Assembly: GCF_006345805.1 (NCBI RefSeq)
Contig: NC_042997.1
Coordinates: 158,038,001 to 158,102,000, forward strand
Origin: Octopus sinensis
Lineage: Eukaryota
DNA length: 64,000 nt
Reading direction: 5' to 3'
The notes beneath the pieces were generated by a model. It did not search any database. It saw only the letters and a program-made list of their open reading frames with translations, and had not been told where the DNA came from. The first letter of the stretch is position 1. The number at the start of each line of letters is the position of its first letter. Shown here piece after piece: positions 14,020 through 26,615 of the stretch. The position numbers were made by a program, and so were the translations under genes.

Positions 14020-14196
14020 GGCGGCGAGCTGGCAGACTAGTTAGCACGTCGGGTAAACTGCTCAGCGGTATTTCATCTGTTTTTTTGTTCTGAGTTCAAA
14101 TTCCACCGAGATCTACTTTGCGTTTTGTGCTTTCGGGGAGAATAAAATAAGTACCAGTTGAGCACTGGGGTCTATGTCATCCACTTAGCCTCTCCC
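14020..14196 (+). mobile_element. SINE family A
   Basis: ggcggcgagctggcagactagttagcacgtcggg...ctgagttcaaattccaccgag (A/B-box-like)...aagtaccagttgagcactgggg. Confidence 0.8.
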
Positions 14197-14729
14197 ATTA
14201 TTACCACTGCTATTCGATCTCGACTTTCAGGCTTTTACATAGGGACACAGCTAATCAATTTCACTGAATAATATGTTTCCGATTATTAGATTTCAGCGTG
14301 TTTTTAGCTCTAAAAATAGTTTATCTCCCCAAACGAAATTAATTCTAAACATAAATACACATTCAATCTCTCCCACTCCAACACCTCCCACAACGTTCGC
14401 ATTTAAATACTTAAACTCCAGCCAGAAATTCTTAAGATATTACTGTCATTTTGGTCATTCAACCACACACGTACGCATACGTACTGGCAAACGCGTACAA
14501 AGTCTCATACACACGTACATACGCACGCACGTGCACACATATATCTTTGTCATTATATCTTTAAAGTGTACAGCTGACTTTTTGACCTGATTGCAATACG
14601 TACTTCCATTTCGTTACCTATTATTCTTTTTTACCCATTCAAATTCTATTTTGGCTAATTCCTAAATTCAAACACTCTAAGCACACACAGACTCACACAT
14701 ACACACACAAATACGTACACACACAAACA

Positions 14730-14785
14730 CAGACACACACACACGCGCACGCACACATGCGAAGAAACACAATCGCACACATATA

Positions 14786-14828
<43 letters not shown>

Positions 14829-15056
14829 GCAATGAAACACATATGCACACACGAACACTCTGAGTGCGCCTTTAAGAATCTATTTCAAACTTCACTTCTA
14901 GACACAGACACACACACGCCCGCACACATGCGAAGAAACACACATACGCACACACATACACACATACACATACACACACAAGCAATGAAATACACATATG
15001 CACACACGAACACTCTGAGTGCGCCTTTAAGAATTTATTTCAAACTTGACTTCTAG
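14730..15056. repeat. Two-copy tandem duplication (~170 bp, CA-rich)
   Basis: gcacacatgcgaagaaacac at 14751 and 14922; cacacgaacactctgagtgcgcctttaagaat...ttctaga repeated. Confidence 0.85.
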
Positions 15057-17078
15057 AACAAATTAAGCTAAGCGTTCCAATCAGCTATCTCATCAATAAA
15101 CCCACTAAGACACCCACGCATACACATACACCGACGCGCATGCACAACCAAACGTTGAATACATTCACTCTCATACGTAAATAAATACACACACAGCCTA
15201 ATAACACAGTTAAATACTAAAACCTCTCCATGCTAAATATAACCACCATATAAATCAAACAAAACGCAAGTCAGCTAAGAATAAATACATAGCCGAGTCA
15301 GAAACGCACACACTTATAATTACTTGTGTTAACGTAGACATCTATCAGCAACGGCACTTAAGCTTCTGCATGTGCTATTTGTAAGGTGTCCAATAGAGAG
15401 CATTGTTTTTCTGCTAACAATTGATCCATGTAACACATCAGTGTTTCTGAGATTTTGACCTCCTGTTAAACTGTTATGGCGCCAAAGTGTATTCAGCCAT
15501 ATAACTTCTGTACGTGGCAAATTTGTTAATTAGAGATCGGCTTGTAAATCCTATATTTGACACACATCCTTTATTGAAACTGTCTTGTTTTTTCTCGGCT
15601 GAGTTCCAATTTTTCCATTCCGTTTGTCAATCTTAAAATCTAGAACACAGCATTTGTTGAATGTGTCATCTCCTAAGCATTCACAAATGTAATGGCATTC
15701 ATTAGAAATTGAAAATGGATTGCTGATACAACATACATAGGAAACTTGTCTCTCTTTTAAATCAGTCACCGACTAAATCTTTAGAAAATCAAGATGCAAT
15801 AGTGTCATGAAGAATTTCATTAAAAAAAACCCACACACAACAGAAAGATAAGCATTCAAGGGCGAAATTTTAAAAGATTTTGAATTATAGCAGACTGTCG
15901 AAAATATGATAAATTAAAGAATCTGTAGAGAATAGAAAACTAATTTATAACTATTTCAATAATTTTTTAACTTCTGACTGACTGTATGGAATTTGAGATC
16001 ACTTTACAATGCTTAATGGATTTTTATATTCGTTCGAGGTCTAAGAAAATCTAAAATGACAATGCTGGACAAAATTATAGTCTTTCTAGTATTTATATCC
16101 ATCCCTTTATACTTTTTTAATTTAATTCTTTAAGCAGTTTGACTGTCTTTTGTTTTTCCATTCATATTAAGCAGCCATATTCTGAAGTAAATTCAATCGG
16201 CTATTAGCAAATTTATGGTCCTGTGAACTCTAAATATTAAAAAAAAATCATCAGTTACACAGTTTCTATATTGAAAATAGCTTAAAGTAAAATTTTCAGT
16301 TGGTACCGTCTTAAGATGGTCTTGATCAGCCGTAGTTATAGCGCGTACTGCTCAGTAATATCAAAAGCCACGCAGCTCTCGATGAGTAGACATACTCTCT
16401 ATCCATTAATTTTGTGTCTGTCTAATAATAATAATGGTAAATCATTGTTTAAATAACTTCTGGATCTAATATCAGTGATGTATAAGGCAAAATGACTCAT
16501 TGAAAGATGAGAAAATAAAAATATTGTTTCTATGTAGTCATTGTAATCTGTGCAGCCAATGAGACCGCCTATACATAGCCACTTGACCTGCTGGAAATAA
16601 CTAACTTTCCCTCAGATTATGCTCTGTCGTCTTATAAAAGGAAGGACGAGTTGCGTGGCTCTGTATGTAGCTGAACAAAATAATAAAAAAATTACTGGAT
16701 GCTCGTGACAGGAACTCTTCATGTGGAGTTACTCGATCAGGAACAATTTGAGGTAAAACAGCAACTTAGCCACGTTTCAGTTTCTTTTTAGTTTGGAAGC
16801 TCTGTACCTTATACAATGTTTATTTTGTGCCCGAGAACAAAATTACATAACGGGAGGGTAGTTAATCTCGATTCTCGATTAGATTTTTGAAGATTCACAA
16901 ACATCATGGAAATAATTAAAGAAGTGCAAAATGCTCGTAAAACATTTTTTGCTGTTATTATTGCTGAAATACTTGACAGTTTATGTGTTGATGTTGGTGA
17001 TGATCGCGCTGATAACCTTCATATATCTAATCCATTACCAAATGTTCTACCCATGGCCATCTCGTCTTCCCCTTTATT

Positions 17079-17345
17079 TACGAGGGTGTAGTGAAAAGTT
17101 CCTGGATTTGGGTAAAAGAAAGTACAAGAGGAACAGCTAGTTATGATTTTTATTAAACGTATTCCCTTTTCAGATTCACGTACTTATTGCAGCATTCCTT
17201 CAGTTTTTCTAAGTCCGGTAAAAGAACTCGTAAAGGTTGGGTCTCCAACCAGGCCTTTTGCGGTAGCCTTAAAGCTAGGAACTTTTCAGCACTCCTTTAT
17301 ATTGTCCGACGTGTCATTTCTTTTCTTTAAATAGATAAGATGAGA
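17079..17345 (-). mobile_element. Mariner 3'-end remnant with TIR
   Basis: TA-cgagggtgtagtgaaaagttcc terminus; the minus strand gives decayed mariner C-terminal-like sequence. Confidence 0.6.
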
Positions 17346-17743
17346 TTTAATATTTGGCTTCCAATTTTAAGATTGAGACTTCCACGTATGTGAAGTGGCA
17401 ACATATTATTTTCCAAATGTTTCTACATTTATACAAAATCTAAAATGAAGCAGTATTTATTCTGCCTATGGAAAACAATAGTAGACTTTTGATCTATTGG
17501 CTTTCTAAGACTTCACAAAACATAAGTAGCATTATCATCATTCTCAATACGTTATTTTAGTTTAAATCCCTTTGATTTTAATTAATTCAATATATTCGAA
17601 CTGATATTATGAGATATACTTGAAATTCAATTAATCAAAGCAATTCAATATATCAAAACTAATATATCAAGTTAGTTACAGAAACATTGTGGGAAAAAAA
17701 CATACACTATTTGACCCGTCACCATGACTAGCTGGTAATTTGT

Positions 17744-17831
17744 TTCCTTCCTTCCTTCCTTACTTACTTCCTTCCTCCCTCACTTCCTTCCTTCCTTCCT
17801 TCCTTCCTTCCTTCCTTCCTTCCTTCCTTCC
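17744..17831. repeat. (TTCC)n microsatellite
   Basis: Direct reading. Confidence 0.9.
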
Positions 17832-19815
17832 TCATACACATAAAGCCTATGCGGCACAGGACATATACTTCATGTCATTAAATAACCAATGTTTTATTGT
17901 TTTTAATATTGATTTACGACTTTATTTGACTTTTAGTGCGGTGCAGCGCAATTCTCAGTAAATAGGTTGAAGGTCGGCATTTTGAAAGTTCGAAATTAAA
18001 TATCACATTATTAATAGTCCATATTCAAGTAATATCTATTTTAAAACGACTATTTTTTTCTTCCTTATTTTTCATTTCACATTTGTTTTGAAAGATAATG
18101 TGCATTCTCCCGTACCAAGAGTTGAGGTCAGGCAGTTTATTCAGCCAGTCATTAATACGTTTTATCTTCTTTACAATGTAAAACTTTAAACAAGCCATAT
18201 TTGTTATTTTGAAAAGTTAATGGTATTTTTATGTATGTTGATTTATGGAATCATGATCAATTTCGCAAAAATCATAGATATTTCGGCAACATATTTATAG
18301 AAGAAATAAGAAATTCTACTTTTAGTGTGATAAATCACAAGATTGGATATTGTTTAGTTGCGGCTGTAGCTTTCCTTATCTGGATATTTCATTCTCCATT
18401 CCATCTGTTTGTACCGAGAAAAAAATTTTGTTAATGTCGACAAAATATTCTAAATTGGCATTAGAATAAGCGAGACACTTTGAACATTTTTATTTTCTGT
18501 TCTATTTGACTAAGATACATCGATATATTTTACAAAATTACTAACTGGAAGAAATATATAAATGAAAATCTGGTGATATACAGGAAAACAACTGATGCCT
18601 TTTGAAGACACTCTTTTTTGTTTCATTAAGTAGCGGGAAAACAATTTTAATTAGAATTAAAACTGGCAGAAAAAGTTAAATGATATAAGATATGTAGAAA
18701 GTATCTGTGTTGTAGTAAAACATAGGGAACGAAATCATAATAAGAGCAAGTTTTCTTGTATGTAATTTTTTATATAACGGGGAACAGTTAAAGTCGGAAA
18801 GGAAAGTGTGTAGCATCACTCCACAACTTATATTTCAAGTTTCCAAAAAGCAAGTTTGCAACAAGACACAACCGGTTAATGCCAAAGTATCAAAATGTAT
18901 TGAATTATTGATCCCCAAAGCAATGCCCAGCGTCTATAAACACATACTAGCTTAGTTGATGTGTCTTTAATATCACAGTAGCTTCCAAAAAGTTAAATCT
19001 CTAGACATTAGAAACACGGGAGAACATATATTCAGAATTGTCTGACAAATACGCAGAAAACAATAAGCGTATACTAAAGAAGTAAGTCCAGACACATGCG
19101 TATTTTTCTTTCTTATCAATACATTTCTCTCTTTAATTTTACTGTTTCCATTCTTAACCCTCTTAAATTTGTTCCTTATTTGTATTCTATGAAATATTCA
19201 AATCAAATAAATTATAGCAATTAGAGTGGCATATCATAATAACTATTTTGTATCAATAACTAAAATGTACATGTGTTCCAATTTTAATATGCACAAACTT
19301 GATCTTAGCTGTAGAAATAAATCTTGAGAAAAGTAACCATTTCAAAATTTTTTACTTTCGATTGTCAGACAGAAGCGAGTGGTTAATTAGGTGTAGGACG
19401 TGATCATCTATCATTTTATAAAAAATAGGCCACAGGGAAATGGAAAATGCGTCAAATAATTTCTTCACGTTGGTTTCAATTACAAAAAACGCATTAAGTA
19501 GGGTGATAAACAAAGTCAACGGCGGGGAAGCATGAACATAGAACAATCAGCATCAATAGAATTAGCAGAGCCATTTGAATTTCGAACAAACATCTTTCAG
19601 TTAATGACCTTTATATTCTGAGTTCAAATTTTACTGAGAGTAACTATGCCTTTTGTCCTTCCGTAGTCGATAAAAGGGAAAATATCATTCAGGTAATGGA
19701 GTTAATATAATCAACTATGGTCTCACAATTAAATGGTCTTGTTCAGAGAGAAGGTGTGTTGTAAAAACTGTAAAATATTTGATTAAATATCTTTCAATAA
19801 TTATTTTCATTCACT

Positions 19816-19947
19816 GGAGGCAGCGAGCCGGCGAAATGCTTTGCGGTATTTCGTCCGTCTTTACGTTCTGGGTTCTAATTACGCCGAGGTCACCTTTGTC
19901 TGTCATCCTTTTGTGATAGATAAAATAAGTTCCAGTTGAGCACTGAG
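19816..19947 (+). mobile_element. SINE family A (partial)
   Basis: gcgaaatgctttgcggtatttcgtccgtctttacgttctg...gataaaataagttccagttgagcactg. Confidence 0.7.
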
Positions 19948-19999
19948 CTCCATTAACTGTCTGTCCATTAACTTTTTCTGCAAAGGACTTCTCTCAAGC

Positions 20000-21900
20000 T
20001 GCTGGCTCAAATGGGGCCAAATTTTAATGATAGTACCCGGGCTGGTCCTCTATCAAGTTTGTTTAACTTGTGCAAATTCAGCAATTCTTTACCATTCTTT
20101 GAATAAATGCTTTAACAATCTTCTCCGAAATTATTGGACCAATTGTCACACAAAGTTTTGATGATATACCAAGAAGAAAAGAAATCAATCACAGACCATC
20201 TTTCTAAGGCATATGCACAGCGAGTTAAAAAGAACAGTTCAGCTCTTTTACGTATTCTTGATGTAACCACTTTACTTGCAAAGAGAAAAATTTCACTTAG
20301 AGGAAGCTGGCCCCAGGAGAAGAAGGAAGAAGATTGTAATTTCAACTTTTTTATTAAATGGAACGCAAAAGATAATCCGGAATTTGTAGCTTTTCTGGAA
20401 AATGCACCAAGGAATGCCACTTGTGATGCAGTCACAATGGAGTAGTAATCAGTCTAAATACGTTATATCACGATCAAAGTTAGGGGTGCCAAAGAGGTAG
20501 CTGAAGTTTTTCTTAGATTTATACAGCTTGAGCAGACAAATGCTCAATCAATCACTGAATTACTGATGACCAGCCTGAGTAAGTGGAATGTTGATTTAAG
20601 CAAGTGAAGAGGAAAAGGCTTTGATAGAGCACCTGTGATGGCTGGTGATGTCAGTGCTGTGTTGAAACTCATAAAGGACGCTCTTCCACAAGTAAAATAT
20701 TTCACCCTTGCAGAAACTACTGCCTCAACCTTGTAGTGGTTAATTCCTGCCAAGATATTCCTGCTATTAGAAATGTCATGAGTGCATTCAAGGATATGAG
20801 CTTTTTTCACAACAATAGCTACCAAATAAAATTGATCTTGAAATCCAAAGTTACTCAGAAGGAACTAATTGGATTGTTGAGTGATTTTGAGGTACATGAA
20901 GAAGAGCTATTTATTGCCTCTAACTTGGGACAAGGCATAGTCTCTGTGAAACCAGATGGTTGTGAAGAGTTGACTCACTTAGTACTTTGTTTGATAAATA
21001 TGATCAAGTTAAAGATGATTTTGAAGAAATAAGTATAATGTATTCTGGCAAATCAAAGTCAGATGCCCAGGCATATTTGAAAAGAATGAGTGAATTTAGA
21101 TTTATAATGACAGGAGTCATAATACAGTATGTCCTGGGATACCGCAGACCAATTTCTATTGCTTTGCAGTCAAAGCAGTGTGATCTTTTTGAACCATATG
21201 AAGAATGCCAAAGATTGATGGAAGTGCTCAAATCCCAACGAAATAATGACACTTTCAAGCAGTTGTATTCAAGAGCCACTCATTATCTGAAGGAAAATTA
21301 TGGGACTGATAAAGAGCCTAAAATTGAGCATGTATCAGCAGGGAAGAGACAAATACATAGCGCCAATGCCCCTGCCAGAAACTGTGAAGAAGTCTATAAG
21401 ATAAGTTGCTATTTCACATTTATTGACCATGTAATGGTCCCAGCAGATTTGAGATATGCGATGTTGACATTCCACCTCTTACCAGAAAAGGTGCAACAAC
21501 TAACTGAAGATCAAGAAAGGGACATCATGGAAGAGATTTTGGAAGATTTGCTCTCAGCTGTTAGTTTCCGCCAAGAGCGAGAGAGGCGGAAACAAAAAGC
21601 CTCAAAAATGCTAGTCCTACAGCTAAACGGAATCGATAAGATACTTTGTCTAAATATCAATGCAATCCCCTCTCTGATGGCTACTCTTTATGTGAGCGAT
21701 CATTCAATGCACTTAGACATTTAAAACATGGCGTAGAACCTGTATGGAAGAGAATAGATTGAATGGACTTGCTATGGCTCATATTCACAAGGATAACCCA
21801 TTGGTAGAGAATCTTGACAACATTGAAGTATTAAAAAAGTGAGATGGGTCAACGCATAAGAAAATTTCACTAGCTTTTGATCATAATTTATCTGAAATAG
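20000..21900 (+). pseudogene. Decayed hAT-superfamily transposase (DUF4371/ZMYM1-like type)
   Basis: LLAKRKISLRG...NFNFFIKWNAKDNPEFVAFLENAPRNA (DUF4371-like); EVFLRFIQLEQTNAQSITELLMTSLSKWNVDLSK*RGKGFDRAPVMAG (resembles CRGQGYDGAANMSG); ...ALQSKQCDL; decayed C-terminal dimerisation region; multiple stops and frameshifts. Confidence 0.8.
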
Positions 21901-22171
21901 AGCAATCCAGCTGATAGACATTTTGGGCACTTTGACAGTCTGTTCTTTGACAAAAAGTGATTTTGTCATTTCTCAACTCAACCGAAAGGGGACAGATTGG
22001 TCATCTGATTCAAATGTTTGATTCTTCATATATAATTCATTTTTATAATATCTTCATGGATATAAGATATTTAGCTTTTATTTTAGTTTTTTGATACAAA
22101 ATAAGTTCCAGTTTAGTATGTTTAATTTACTCTATGAATATATAACAGAACATACATGTAATTGTGTGTGA

Positions 22172-22502
22172 GGGCGCATGGCTCAGTGGTTAGAGCGTCG
22201 AGCTTACGATCGTGAGGTTGTGAGCTCGAATCCCGGACCGGGCTGCGTGTTGTGTTCTTGAGCAAGACACTTTATTTCACGTTGCTCCAGTTCACTCAGC
22301 TGTAGAAATGAGTTGCGATGTCACAGGTGCCAAGTTGTATCGACCTTTGTCTTTCCCTTGGATAACACTGGTGGCGTGGAGAGGGGAGGCTGATATGCAT
22401 GGGCGACTGCTGGTCTTCCATAAACAACCTTGCCCGGACTTGTGTCTAGGAGGGTAACTTTCTAGGTGCAATCCCATGGTCATTCATGACCGAAGGGGGT
22501 CT
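22172..22502 (+). mobile_element. tRNA-derived SINE, family C (near full length)
   Basis: Head gggcgcatggctcagtggttagagcgtcgagc...gagctcgaatcccgg (A/B boxes), core tgtgttcttgagcaagacactttatttcacgttgctccagttcactcagctg, tail atgaccgaagggggtct. Confidence 0.85.
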
Positions 22503-23374
22503 AAGAAGAAAAAAACATGTAATGGTATGTGCTCTCCAAGCTGGAGAATTTTCTTGAACAGTTCATCAGAAATGGAGGAATCAAAAGGAAATGCATACAT
22601 ATGTATGCTTTAGCAAACTACTGTTTACATTAGATGCCACCATTCAGACTTGACAATTGATTAGTTTATCAAAGGACTTTATGGTGTTATATTAATTTGG
22701 TATTCGTGTCTGAGATACTTCAGTTTGAAAACCATTGAAAAAATTTGTTAATGCCTTATACATTATGAATTGCCATTTGTTCTAATTTAATTTATAATTT
22801 GTTGTTATAATTTTTATCATCCTATATAATATACTAAATCAGATTTGCAAGTACAGATATATGCCTTTCAGACATACCCTCGCTTTCCCTTTCCCATTAT
22901 TAGGACAATGCATAGAATTGTTTGGAATTGCTAACTTGGTTTGGTTTTTGCTGGTCCTTGCTTCCTGTAATATTTTAGTCTGAATACATTGAATGTATTA
23001 GTGAATTGATTTATAAGGCAGCCATGTAAACACAATGTGAATGTCCATTGATATCTACCTCGTCTTAGCCAAATCTAAGAGAAAGAAAAATAGAAAAGAG
23101 AAGAGTAACTGCCTCAGAATTATGTTAGTTATATATTTATTGAAAACAAAATGATAAAGAGCCAAGTTGACTTGCGTGGAATTTGAACTCCGAGCACAGA
23201 GTTCCAGAACTAATAACGCAAGTTATTTAATCAGAGGATCTAACTACGCTATGAATTGGCCGTCTAAATGTTGTTATCAAAGAGATGAATGTTTCGACTT
23301 TAAATTTAGCGCATTAAATATATCAAACCAAAGTGCCTATATGAAAGAAATAATTAATTTTCTTGGCGATTAAA

Positions 23375-23586
23375 GGCGGTGAGCTGGAAGAATCGTTAGC
23401 ACGCCGGGAAAATGTTTTACGGCAGTTTATCCGTCTTTACGTTCTGAGTTCAAATTTTGCCGAGGTCATCTTTGCCTTTCATCCTTTCGGAGTTGATAAA
23501 TTAAGTACAATTTGAGCACCGGGGTGGATGTAATCGACCTATACCCTCCCCCCAAATTATTGGCTTGTGCCAAAATTTGAAACCAA
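23375..23586 (+). mobile_element. SINE family A (full length)
   Basis: ggcggtgagctggaagaatcgttagcacgccggg...ctgagttcaaattttgccgagg...ggcttgtgccaaaatttgaaacc. Confidence 0.8.
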
Positions 23587-24691
23587 TATTCTGAATGATT
23601 ATTTCTCTCGTATAGGTGCACATTCTGGTCGAATACAGTCTTCTATTTGGCTTTGATAACTCCAGAGTAGACTCTCTCATTTCATTTAGATTGATAAAGA
23701 TAATCTTGTTTTGTGAATCGTAAACTATGAGAATTTAGCAATATCTGTCAGCAAATAGAACGGCTAACAACAAGAAAATAATGAATTCCAACTTAACAAT
23801 AGAGGTCTGAGTCAGTAAAGATAAATTAAGGCAGGCCACATAAATTTTTTAAAAATAGAAATCAGAAATACAGGACACAAATATCATTGTTTTCGAAAGA
23901 TTCGGAATCCAAGGGAGATGGGAATGCGTAGATATCAAGAAAAAAGTGTGGGGGAAGAAAGAAAAGAAATTTTAAATAAACCGGGCAAATTTAGTGATAG
24001 AATTTATTTATTTTCCCTTCCGATCAAGTAGTACAACCCTGATGAAAATGAAACAAAACAATATTTTGATGTATATCAAATGAAAACTTATCTCAATATA
24101 AACAGAACATTCATTTCGCTAATAATAATTTTTTAATAAAAATAAGTTTGCCATTTTGATTGCGAATAATATTATATGAATATTTAAATAGTTCCCTTGA
24201 TTCACAGCTGCACACTCAAGTAACACAGCTATTTCTACAATGTCTCCATGGAAGACTAATGTACAAACACACACACACACAAACATGAGTGGGAGCATAA
24301 AAAAGCATGTGTGTGTTGAAATTTTGTTTATAACACAAAAACAGTTATAATGGAAATATTTCTGTAATGCAAAGGAATTAGTAAAAGAGCTCAACGTAAT
24401 TGAAAAGAAATCAGATTCAGACCAATGATATAATGATGTATATATTAGGAAAGTTATAAGAAAGCGACGTTTGAAAATGAAATGAGTTTTATATATAAAT
24501 ATATACAATATGTTCTGCAACATATTGTACAAATGACTCTGTAAGGGATCAACTTTCTAGCAATCAACATTCAAGGACACGTTTGTTTCTTCTCATTTTA
24601 GTCTTAGGTGTACACACACGTAAGAGCGCATATATACATACTTACACACACACACACACACACATACATATATACATACACACAAATATAT

Positions 24692-24758
<67 letters not shown>

Positions 24759-24759
<1 letters not shown>

Positions 24760-25108
24760 CTGTAGTTGTGTGGTGAGAAGCTTGCTTTCCACCCACATGG
24801 TTCCGGCTTCATTTCCACTCAATGGCACCTTGGACGAGTGTCTTCTACTATACCCTCGGCCCGAACAAAGCCTTGTGAGTAGATTTGTTATGCATATATT
24901 TGGGTGTCTGTGTTTGTCTCCCCCACCATCGCTTGAGAAACAACGTTGGTGTGTATACGTCCCCGTAATCTAACGGTTCGGCAAAAAGAGACCGATAAAA
25001 TAAGTGCCTAAGCTTTCAAAGAACAAGTCTTGGCGTCGATTTGTTCGACTAATGGTGATGCTCCAGCGTGGCTGCAGTCAAATGACAAAAACAAGTTAAA
25101 GAATAAAA
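24759..25108 (+). mobile_element. SINE family B
   Basis: tgtgtggtgagaagcttgc...ggcaccttggacgagtgtcttctactata...cggttcggcaaaaagagaccgata...ctccagcgtggctgcagtcaaatgac. Confidence 0.8.
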
Positions 25109-25570
25109 AACATTCAAGTTGCTATAGATATCCATATAATAGACAAACACGATGGAAATGTACTGTTATGTAACTAAAGCTTAAAACAACTTGTTTCATT
25201 TACAATATCCTTAAGATCCTATCTAGAAAAGCAAGAAATGAAATAAGAACAAACGAATAAAAGAATTAGAAAGAGAACAGCACAGGAATGTATTTAAAGG
25301 AATTTAATGTTTACTTTCCTTCAATGTATTTGACTCCGTCATTACAAGAAAGATTAGTGCTTCAATATCAAAGAGAAGCTGCAAAACGCTGATATGTTTG
25401 TTTACGTTGAACACTGAAATTTATACCAATAAAAATTTTTTTTTTATTTTAACCTTCAATGAAAGGTTGTTGTATAATGTGGTTTTCTTTTTTTTAACTC
25501 TCAACTCCGCGTAGGAATGTGCTAAATGCTTAGTTGTCTGTTATGAATGCGTCTGCCTGAAAATAGTAAA

Positions 25571-25900
25571 TGTGTGGGTGGTAAGAAGTTTGTTTCCCAA
25601 CCATAGGATTCCGGGTCTAGTCCTACATATTACGTGGAAACCTTCGACAGCTGGTTTCTATTTTGAGCTTGGGCCGAACAAAGCCTCGTGAGTAGATTAG
25701 GAAGATGGAAACTGAAAGAAGCCTGTCATATAAATATTTGTATGTATGTGTGTTTGTCTCAGTGTTTTCCTCCAACATAACTTAACAAAAGCGGTTGAGT
25801 AATAGAAGCCGACAAAATAAGTATCAGATGGTTACAAAAATGGATGTACTGGCGTCGATTCTTCAAGGTGGTGTACCGGTGTGTCACAGTCTAATATGAG
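25571..25900 (+). mobile_element. SINE family B (degenerate)
   Basis: ggtaagaagtttgtttcccaacca...gggccgaacaaagcctcgtgagtagat...ggaaactgaaagaagcc. Confidence 0.65.
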
Positions 25901-26109
25901 ATTGATAGATAGATAGACTGATGGGCAGAGAATAACACCAAAGAATTATTATTACTATCTGTTTCGGGTCCAAGTTTCTCGATTTTTCACTTCTTACCTG
26001 ATAATTCGCTAAACTCGGAACAACAACGCAAAGCAATCCGAGTACGCTAACAATTAATGACGGAAGGCTTCAGTACTGGGTATTTTGTTTTCAATATCAA
26101 CTATGCATC

Positions 26110-26170
<61 letters not shown>

Positions 26171-26172
<2 letters not shown>

Positions 26173-26260
26173 CTGCGAATGGTTTTGTGTATCTATTTCC
26201 CAACCATCGCTTGACAAACGATGCAGGTGTGTCTACTTCGCCGTAACTTAGCGGTTCGGT
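26171..26260 (+). mobile_element. SINE family B internal fragment
   Basis: ccaaccatcgcttgacaaacgatgcaggtgtg...ccgtaacttagcggttcgg. Confidence 0.65.
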
Positions 26261-26261
26261 G

Positions 26262-26450
26262 TACGGAAAAAACTTATTTCCGAAGTGCTCTGGAGGTTGT
26301 GGTTGAAGCCAATCGCGATTTTATTGAAAAAAATTTAGTATTTCAGAATATATTTATGTAATTTTAGTAAATACATCTGTTCAAATGACATGTCAGTGTT
26401 AATTTCATTTTTGCGTAATTTAGACGACAGTTTATGCGCAGAACCCTGTA
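26262..26450 (+). mobile_element. 3' end of a Tc1/mariner (maT/DD37D-like) element with TIR
   Basis: Translates FRSALEVVVEANRDFIEK (resembles the FRSRLEAVVEANGDFIE C-terminus); ends in ...gaaccctg|TA followed by (TA)n. Confidence 0.6.
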
Positions 26451-26462
26451 TATGTATATATG

Positions 26463-26572
<110 letters not shown>

Positions 26573-26583
26573 ACACACACACA

Positions 26584-26615
<32 letters not shown>

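Noticed and set aside
17936-19081. Further exon-like segments (about 17936-17957, 18095-18126, about 19005-19081 TLETRENIYSELSDKY...)
   Set aside because: At least one weak splice site each; such matches are expected by chance in AT-rich DNA without transcript data.
22172-22245. tRNA gene calls at SINE heads (also 13850-13922)
   Set aside because: They continue into SINE bodies and lack a clean acceptor stem and terminator, so they are treated as SINEs.
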